This document shows, one piece after another, positions 58,916 to 64,000 of a DNA stretch of 64,000 nucleotides. The notes under the pieces were generated by a model. That model saw nothing but the letters and a program-made list of their open reading frames with translations, ran no database searches and was not told where the DNA came from. This stretch comes from a virus (lineage: Duplodnaviria; Heunggongvirae; Uroviricota; Caudoviricetes): IMG/VR virus record IMGVR_UViG_3300009537_004349; one strand, written 5' to 3'. Position 1 is the stretch's first letter. The number at the start of each line of letters is the position of its first letter. The position numbers and the translations under genes are program-made.

Positions 58916-59133
58916 TTAAGACAACTGCGTCCTGCCCCATTGCATTTATCGCAGTAGGTCACCATCTCTCCGAAGTCTTCGGTCAGTTGAGATATTATAC
59001 TCTCTAATTCTTCTATTCTTTCTTCTAACGTTTCTATAAGGATATCCTTATCTTCTTTACTTAGGTCTCTCCATCTTGGCTGAGATTCATTTGAGTTAAG
59101 TTTGCCCCTCACCCAGTCCATCAGTTTCGACAT
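58861..59133 (-). CDS. Coiled-coil protein with Zn finger
   Basis: CDKCNGAG..CLKCKETG. Confidence 0.55.
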   Translation of the reverse strand: MSKLMDWVRGKLNSNESQPRWRDLSKEDKDILIETLEERIEELESIISQLTEDFGEMVTYCDKCNGAGRSCLKCKETGIVQRKQLYSWPW

Positions 59134-59545
59134 CTCTCAGCTCCTCGCAGGATGTATCCCAGCCGCCCTTTGTATATCGGGCGATTGTGCCTTTTAAGGG
59201 AACCTCTACACTTCTAGAAATCCCTCTTCCTAAAAGCCTATTAGAGTAAACAGGGCGAACCCCGCTTGCACAACTGATAGTTACGTGTGGCAACCCGCCG
59301 TCTAATCTATCTATACCTGCAACTACTACGGCTTGTCCCTTATCATCCTCAGCATACCCTGTTACGGACATAGAGACTTCTTTTCCACATTCTGGAATAA
59401 GCTTAGCCTCCTGCTCTTCGCTGGGGTTAAATACGAGGGTTACGTGCTCAGCGTGTACATTACTGTGTATTGGCGGAAAGTGTGATGCCAGTCTTGCTAC
59501 GCTTGGCATATCTAACTTTACCGCCCAATAAATCGTATCACTCAT
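59096..59545 (-). CDS. 2H phosphodiesterase (CPDase-like)
   Basis: Two HxT motifs: HAEHVTLVF and PHVTIS, followed by PVYSN as in tRNA-ligase CPDase-like domains. Confidence 0.75.
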   Translation of the reverse strand: MSDTIYWAVKLDMPSVARLASHFPPIHSNVHAEHVTLVFNPSEEQEAKLIPECGKEVSMSVTGYAEDDKGQAVVVAGIDRLDGGLPHVTISCASGVRPVYSNRLLGRGISRSVEVPLKGTIARYTKGGWDTSCEELRDVETDGLGEGQT

Positions 59546-59546
59546 G

Positions 59547-59903
59547 TTAATAACTCGATGCTAGATTATCCCAATCGGTCATTCGAACAGCTTCCATCAT
59601 TGCGTTTCGTGCAGACTTCATACTCTCCCCATGAGCAATGACAATTAAGTCAGTGCCGTTTCGTGGAGTGTCCTCGCTGACAAACCAGCCAGCAGCATAG
59701 TACTCTGGATATTTGCCAATGAAACCTAAAGCTGATTCGTTGTGAACTGTGCATGCTCGGTCTCCAAAATGGAACTTAACTTGCTCCTTCACCATATCTA
59801 AGACAACATCGTTTAAGAGGCTATCTCTTTCAGCCTTAGGAAACTGGCCAATGAATTGATTGGTCTTTCCAACCAAACTGAAATTCAATCTTACTTGTCG
59901 CAT
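59547..59903 (-). CDS. Hypothetical protein
   Basis: ORF with GAGG SD. Confidence 0.65.
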   Translation of the reverse strand: MRQVRLNFSLVGKTNQFIGQFPKAERDSLLNDVVLDMVKEQVKFHFGDRACTVHNESALGFIGKYPEYYAAGWFVSEDTPRNGTDLIVIAHGESMKSARNAMMEAVRMTDWDNLASSY

Positions 59904-59910
59904 GTTTTCC

Positions 59911-60129
59911 TCACTTAAGTCTGTATGTTATACGACCTTTAGTAAGGTCATATGGAGACATGTCTAGTTTAACTCTATCACCCTGAAGAATACTAATGTT
60001 GTTCTTCCTAATTTTACCAGACGGATGGCAGATTATCTCATGTCCATTGTCCAGCTTTACCCTAAACTTTGCATCCTTAAGGGCCTCTAGTACTTCGCCT
60101 TCTGTCTCAATTACGTCTGCTTTACTCAT
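59911..60129 (-). CDS. infA: Translation initiation factor IF-1
   Basis: [60 protein letters not shown]. Confidence 0.97.
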   Translation of the reverse strand: MSKADVIETEGEVLEALKDAKFRVKLDNGHEIICHPSGKIRKNNISILQGDRVKLDMSPYDLTKGRITYRLK

Positions 60130-60395
60130 GGTTTAGTTTTTGCTCTCCGAGTTTTCCTTTTTCTTTTTACCTTGGTTTGTTTAGGATTGTAATAAAACAA
60201 ATCCTTTGTTGTGTACTTAGATACATATGTATTTGTGTACTCTACCTTCTTTATATCATTACACTCCAGAAGAGATAAGATTTTATCTATAGTTTCTGTG
60301 TTGTGCTTCTTGGATAATTCTATTCTAATCCTCGTTGCTGTTTTGTATCCATAGCGTCTTATCTCCTCTCTGGTTTTCTCAACCAGATCGTTCAT
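60126..60395 (-). CDS. Basic hypothetical protein translationally coupled to infA
   Basis: ATGA overlap at 60126-60129; GGGAG SD. Confidence 0.65.
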   Translation of the reverse strand: MNDLVEKTREEIRRYGYKTATRIRIELSKKHNTETIDKILSLLECNDIKKVEYTNTYVSKYTTKDLFYYNPKQTKVKRKRKTRRAKTKP

Positions 60396-60402
60396 TATTT
60401 TC

Positions 60403-60583
60403 TCCCAGGATTAATGTTGCATATTCAATACATTAAAATCATTTATAGTTATATAAGCTGGGGTCTCTCGACCATAACATAATCAAATATTCCCTCTCTA
60501 TTAGGGAAACCATATCCTATTTTTCAACACCAAAATTTTAGTAATCATTTATAATTAAAATCTGGGCAACATTAATCCTGGGA
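60403..60583. repeat. 18-bp perfect inverted repeat enclosing a 145-bp AT-rich non-coding core
   Basis: TCCCAGGATTAATGTTGC (60403-60420) and GCAACATTAATCCTGGGA (60566-60583); internal 11-bp direct repeat AATCATTTATA at 60437 and 60543. Confidence 0.95.
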
Positions 60584-60591
60584 AAAAACAA

Positions 60592-60864
60592 TTACTCTTT
60601 GGAGTTTAGGACTCTCACACTTCGTTTCATATCTCGAACATTTTTGCCAGTGAACCATAAGTGATGGCGATAAGCCTGTATCGTTTCAGACCTTCCATCT
60701 ATTACGGCACGACAATGGATAAGGCAATCAGAGTCAGTACTATCGAATCCGCTTACCTCGGTAACTATCATGGTCAGGTTATCTGGCCACGGATAGTCTG
60801 CAAGTTTGCCTTTCTTGGAAAACTTAACAATGTCTCCTGGTTTGATTCTGGGCCGTCTGTTCAT
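60592..60864 (-). CDS. Small SH3/KOW-like hypothetical protein
   Basis: IKPGDIVKF. Confidence 0.5.
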   Translation of the reverse strand: MNRRPRIKPGDIVKFSKKGKLADYPWPDNLTMIVTEVSGFDSTDSDCLIHCRAVIDGRSETIQAYRHHLWFTGKNVRDMKRSVRVLNSKE

Positions 60865-60867
60865 AAC

Positions 60868-61440
60868 TCATCTCCTAGTTTTGTGATGGTCTACCGCCTT
60901 ATTCTTTTTCTTCTTCATTATCTCTTTGATTTCCTCAAAAGAGAATGGCCTATAGTCGTTACAATCTACGCCCACATCCATCTGTAAAGAATTAGGGTCA
61001 TCTGGTAGAGACCCATGAGAATGTCCATATAGGTTCCAAGAGCCGTGGTGTCTCTTGGGCCAGACCTTACAAGCATAGTGGTGCAAGTAGATGCCCTGGT
61101 GCTTGTTAATCTCCCTATCGTGGACTTCGATGTAAGCTGCGTCTTTCACCCATTCGAAATATAGTTGTAGTTCCTCATGCTTGCGGAACATATTATCATG
61201 ATTTCCTAGAATCAGATACTTCTTTCCGTTAAGCTGCTTCAGAATCTCGTGCGTTCTCCCAGGGCTTCCAAATGAAACGTCACCCAATATATACGCACTA
61301 TCTTCTGGCTTGACACATTCGTTAAACCTCTCTATCAACGTCTTGTTCATTTCAAAGGCGTTCTCAAACTGGCGGGTCTTATGCTTGTGAATCATATTGC
61401 CGTGCCAGTAATGTGGGTCAGAGGTAAACCAATCAGTCAT
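60868..61440 (-). CDS. Calcineurin-like metallophosphoesterase
   Basis: SDPH, LGD, GNHD, HHY, GHSH, VGVD. Confidence 0.92.
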   Translation of the reverse strand: MTDWFTSDPHYWHGNMIHKHKTRQFENAFEMNKTLIERFNECVKPEDSAYILGDVSFGSPGRTHEILKQLNGKKYLILGNHDNMFRKHEELQLYFEWVKDAAYIEVHDREINKHQGIYLHHYACKVWPKRHHGSWNLYGHSHGSLPDDPNSLQMDVGVDCNDYRPFSFEEIKEIMKKKKNKAVDHHKTRR

Positions 61441-61912
61441 CTAAGTTGTTCAATTTAAACTCCACTTCAGCCAGGTCTTTATTCAACTCTCGGATTCGCT
61501 TTTTATCCTTTTTGGCTAAGAGGTGTTCTCCTTGTTTCCTGTGTATTTCGAGCATTATATTTTGGTTTTCAATCTTTTCTTTCAAACCATTAAATTGCTC
61601 GGTCAATTTATCTTCTAAGCTAAGTTTCGTAGCCCCTTCATTAGCTTCCTGTTTTGCCCTTTCAGCCTTATCTATAGGAAAAAGCTTTTGATAGTCACTA
61701 TCTGTAAGCATAAATCTGACAATCTCTTCCGTCTGAATGAGTATATCAGCAGCATCTCTAGGACTAATACTGTCATGGTGACGGTAAAAATACTCCCTAA
61801 ATGCCAGGTTTCTTTGCTTCTGTGTGCCACTTAGCATCGTCGCATATATAGCCCAAACGAAACATTCATTCTCGCCCGTTTTGTCATATATTATTTCGTA
61901 GTCTATTAGCAT
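61433..61912 (-). CDS. Hypothetical protein with coiled coil
   Basis: ORF in tiled run. Confidence 0.6.
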   Translation of the reverse strand: MLIDYEIIYDKTGENECFVWAIYATMLSGTQKQRNLAFREYFYRHHDSISPRDAADILIQTEEIVRFMLTDSDYQKLFPIDKAERAKQEANEGATKLSLEDKLTEQFNGLKEKIENQNIMLEIHRKQGEHLLAKKDKKRIRELNKDLAEVEFKLNNLDD

Positions 61913-61927
61913 CTTTTACTTTCGTTC

Positions 61928-62012
61928 TGGTGCCCGAGGAGGGATTCGAACCCCCATGCCCGAAGGCCGCTGGGTTTGAGCCAACTGCGTCTGCCAATTC
62001 CGCCACCCGGGC
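61928..62012 (-). tRNA. tRNA-Leu(CAA), encoded CCA
   Basis: GCCCGGG acceptor, GTTGG-CTCAAAC-CCAGC anticodon arm, long variable arm, GGTTCGAATCC, ACCA; 85 nt. Confidence 0.95.
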
Positions 62013-62369
62013 TTACAGCTTCAGCTTATCAACAGCATCCTGAAGCGTTCTTATTAGATTATAGAGGCTCCAGTAGTAGTTGTCAAGCTTTAATCTCTTA
62101 GCATCTTCCATGCTGGTTAATGCGTTTCGATAGTGCAATTCGTCCATCTTAACGTCCATTTCCTCAGCAATTTTGCGTAGTTGCTCTAAGTTTTTAACTC
62201 GGTCTTTATAGATATGTTGTTTTGGAGCGAGGGCTGCTCGAATCTTTTTAAGCACCTCGTTTTTGGAACGGCAAGGCTTCCCTGTGCCTTCCGCAGAAAT
62301 ATACTCTTTGGCTGCCTGTAGTGCTTCAAACATCACAGCCTCATTGGGATTTGCGCTTTTCTTGCTCAT
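62013..62369 (-). CDS. Hypothetical protein
   Basis: 118-aa ORF whose stop abuts the tRNA. Confidence 0.65.
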   Translation of the reverse strand: MSKKSANPNEAVMFEALQAAKEYISAEGTGKPCRSKNEVLKKIRAALAPKQHIYKDRVKNLEQLRKIAEEMDVKMDELHYRNALTSMEDAKRLKLDNYYWSLYNLIRTLQDAVDKLKL

Positions 62370-62601
62370 CTTTATTTACCAAGTATTGTTGTAGCTTTCT
62401 CGATTCATGTTCTAGCACAAGCAGCTCATTATCTTTAGCCAACATTTTGCCAAGCTTTATGTTCAACTCTATCATCTTACAAACACTATTGCCTACCTTT
62501 AAAACTTGACGGTAGCAATCTGACACTATGCCATCATGCAACATACTCAAGTCCCTCCAGGGCATCCCATAGTTCGTCCGCCCAGTCATCTGGCACACCA
62601 A
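62341..62601 (-). CDS. Hypothetical protein
   Basis: ORF in tiled run. Confidence 0.45.
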   Translation of the reverse strand: MVCQMTGRTNYGMPWRDLSMLHDGIVSDCYRQVLKVGNSVCKMIELNIKLGKMLAKDNELLVLEHESRKLQQYLVNKDEQEKRKSQ

Positions 62602-62710
62602 TCATGGCGGCCTCAATAGAGTCGTTTTGAATTTCAGTAAGAAGTTCTTTAAAACTCAACTTTTTAGTAAGTAGTTCCACATATAGCGCTTGAATTATAT
62701 CTCTATTCAT
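62534..62710 (-). CDS. Small acidic protein, paralog of 62914..63108
   Basis: Likely start MNRDII at 62710; LYVELLTKKL..DDWADELWD. Confidence 0.55.
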   Translation of the reverse strand: MNRDIIQALYVELLTKKLSFKELLTEIQNDSIEAAMIGVPDDWADELWDALEGLEYVA

Positions 62711-62909
62711 AATTTCCTGGACCGTAAGTGTGCCCGACATTTTCAGAAACAGGAATTATGCTCTTGCGATTTTTAGGATGCCAATAATAGTAAAGGGCAC
62801 TTATATTGTAGTTAAACATCCCAGGCTCAAATCTTTGAGATTTTGATAGTCTGAGAATAGCTCCATTCTTAAGACGAGCTATATAAGAATTTTTCACTAT
62901 ATCTATCAC
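62703..62909 (-). CDS. Hypothetical protein
   Basis: 68-aa ORF. Confidence 0.45.
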   Translation of the reverse strand: MIDIVKNSYIARLKNGAILRLSKSQRFEPGMFNYNISALYYYWHPKNRKSIIPVSENVGHTYGPGNYE

Positions 62910-62913
62910 TGTT

Positions 62914-63108
62914 TCACTCTATAAAATCCCAGTCGACTACTATATCATACAACGAATCAATAAAATCATCTGCTTCGGGAATAACAGCTCTATCGTGCAA
63001 TCTCTTGCAATCATAATTTGCACGTTTGAAATCGTCAAAAAATTCTATTGCAGGAATTTTTTCTTTCAAAAGCTCCCTATACAATATATCTATCATGTGC
63101 TTTTTCAT
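62914..63108 (-). CDS. Small acidic protein, paralog of 62534..62710
   Basis: LYRELLKEKI..DDFIDSLYD. Confidence 0.55.
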   Translation of the reverse strand: MKKHMIDILYRELLKEKIPAIEFFDDFKRANYDCKRLHDRAVIPEADDFIDSLYDIVVDWDFIE

Positions 63109-63123
63109 TCATTCTTTCCATTC

Positions 63124-63198
63124 TGGTAGACCTTAGTGGATTTGAACCACTGGCCTCTTCCGTGTCAAGGAAGCGCTCTTCCCCTGAGCTAAAGGTCT
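63124..63198 (-). tRNA. tRNA-Val(GAC), encoded CCA
   Basis: AGACCTT/AAGGTCT acceptor, CTTCC-TTGACAC-GGAAG, GGTTCAAATCC, ACCA. Confidence 0.94.
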
Positions 63199-63208
63199 GT
63201 TATCGATT

Positions 63209-63283
63209 TGGTGGGCCGTACAGGAATCGAACCTGTGACCCCCGGGCTTCAACCGGGCGCTCTACCAACTGAGCTAACGGCCC
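63209..63283 (-). tRNA. tRNA-Phe(GAA), encoded CCA, G37
   Basis: GGGCCGT/ACGGCCC acceptor, CCCGG-TTGAAGC-CCGGG, GGTTCGATTCC, ACCA. Confidence 0.93.
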
Positions 63284-63308
63284 ATAGGTAAAGTCGCTAA
63301 AGTCGGAC

Positions 63309-63497
63309 TCACTCATTGTTTCTCTCCCTGTCTTCTTTGATTTTAGCCTCCACAAATTTATTGGAGACTTTAACTATACCTCGTGCCAACTTATCAGCAT
63401 AAGGCTCTAAAAACTTCTTAACGAAAGATGGGAATTTATCGATTGCCCCATCCACTATTTCCTTTACGTCTTTCTCTAATTCACCAATCGCAGACAT
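63309..63497 (-). CDS. Hypothetical protein
   Basis: 62-aa ORF. Confidence 0.5.
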   Translation of the reverse strand: MSAIGELEKDVKEIVDGAIDKFPSFVKKFLEPYADKLARGIVKVSNKFVEAKIKEDRERNNE

Positions 63498-63771
63498 GTA
63501 GCCAGTCTATCCTTCCTGCTGCTTGACGAAATCTGCTTGCATCAGCCCAAGTTGGAAACTCAATGTGCGCAGTAGTTGACTTACCACCACGCTTACTTCT
63601 TACAAGAGTGCTTCGCCAGCCCCACTTGCGAGTCCACCAAGGTAGCTTCTCAGATTCAGGATACGTGCTGCTATCACTAACCTTACCGTGATACTGCTCA
63701 ATCAAACCCTCTACCTTGTTCCTATGTGCGCCGTTACTACTGTCATACCTAACAGATACATCGTGTGACAT
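63481..63771 (-). CDS. Hypothetical protein
   Basis: GAGG SD, 96 aa. Confidence 0.65.
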   Translation of the reverse strand: MSHDVSVRYDSSNGAHRNKVEGLIEQYHGKVSDSSTYPESEKLPWWTRKWGWRSTLVRSKRGGKSTTAHIEFPTWADASRFRQAAGRIDWLHVCDW

Positions 63772-63780
63772 ACTCGCCTC

Positions 63781-63975
63781 CTATACGTCTGGCTTTATAT
63801 CTTCAATCTTAGGCAGTGTCTCTTTGTACTTTTTTACCGTGCGCTTTTGGCCATCTTTATCTTTTTTCTGCCAGGTATTGAATTCCCTTAGTAGGCGAAA
63901 CACGTTATTTGATTTCACCTCTTCGTTATTCTCTTTGAGCCACTCTTGAAATAGAATGTCTTTAACTACCGCCAA
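63781..63975 (-). CDS. Hypothetical protein
   Basis: 64-aa ORF. Confidence 0.5.
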   Translation of the reverse strand: MAVVKDILFQEWLKENNEEVKSNNVFRLLREFNTWQKKDKDGQKRTVKKYKETLPKIEDIKPDV

Positions 63976-64000
63976 AGCTCTCTCTTTCTTATCAGGAAAG

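Overview
64 kb of what is most likely a jumbo bacteriophage genome with a bacterial host (GGAG Shine-Dalgarno sites, sigma70-like promoters, standard code). Every credible gene lies on the minus strand. 1-18.4 kb: five tail-fibre-like genes built from one recurring module (GADGY..IAGDNDL..R start, variable beta-rich body, HEALT..DGYG..YDLT end). One has a C-terminal S74 intramolecular chaperone. 18.4-64 kb: a dense accessory region. It encodes proteostasis genes (GroEL without an adjacent GroES, Hsp20, M16 and matrixin peptidases, MoxR-AAA plus vWA), a complete glyoxylate shunt (aceB, aceA) split by a methyltransferase-nuclease pair, IscA and a cysteine-less IscU look-alike. It also encodes a translation and nascent-chain kit (IF-1, bS21 with an ~80-aa basic tail, peptide deformylase-SEC-C, MetAP, tRNA-Leu/Val/Phe), an RNA end-repair cluster (RNA ligase, CCA-like and RlaP-like nucleotidyltransferases, Thg1, 2H phosphodiesterase, metallophosphoesterase), and DNA/nucleotide metabolism genes. 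The least explained signals are (i) five dispersed paralogs of an unannotated ~270-325 aa helical family, most translationally coupled to a neighbouring gene, and (ii) perfect long-range inverted repeats (15 bp bracketing hsp20; 18 bp upstream of the gene coupled to infA) whose 3' arms cover or abut downstream ribosome-binding regions. All assignments come from motif recognition by eye; no database search was run.
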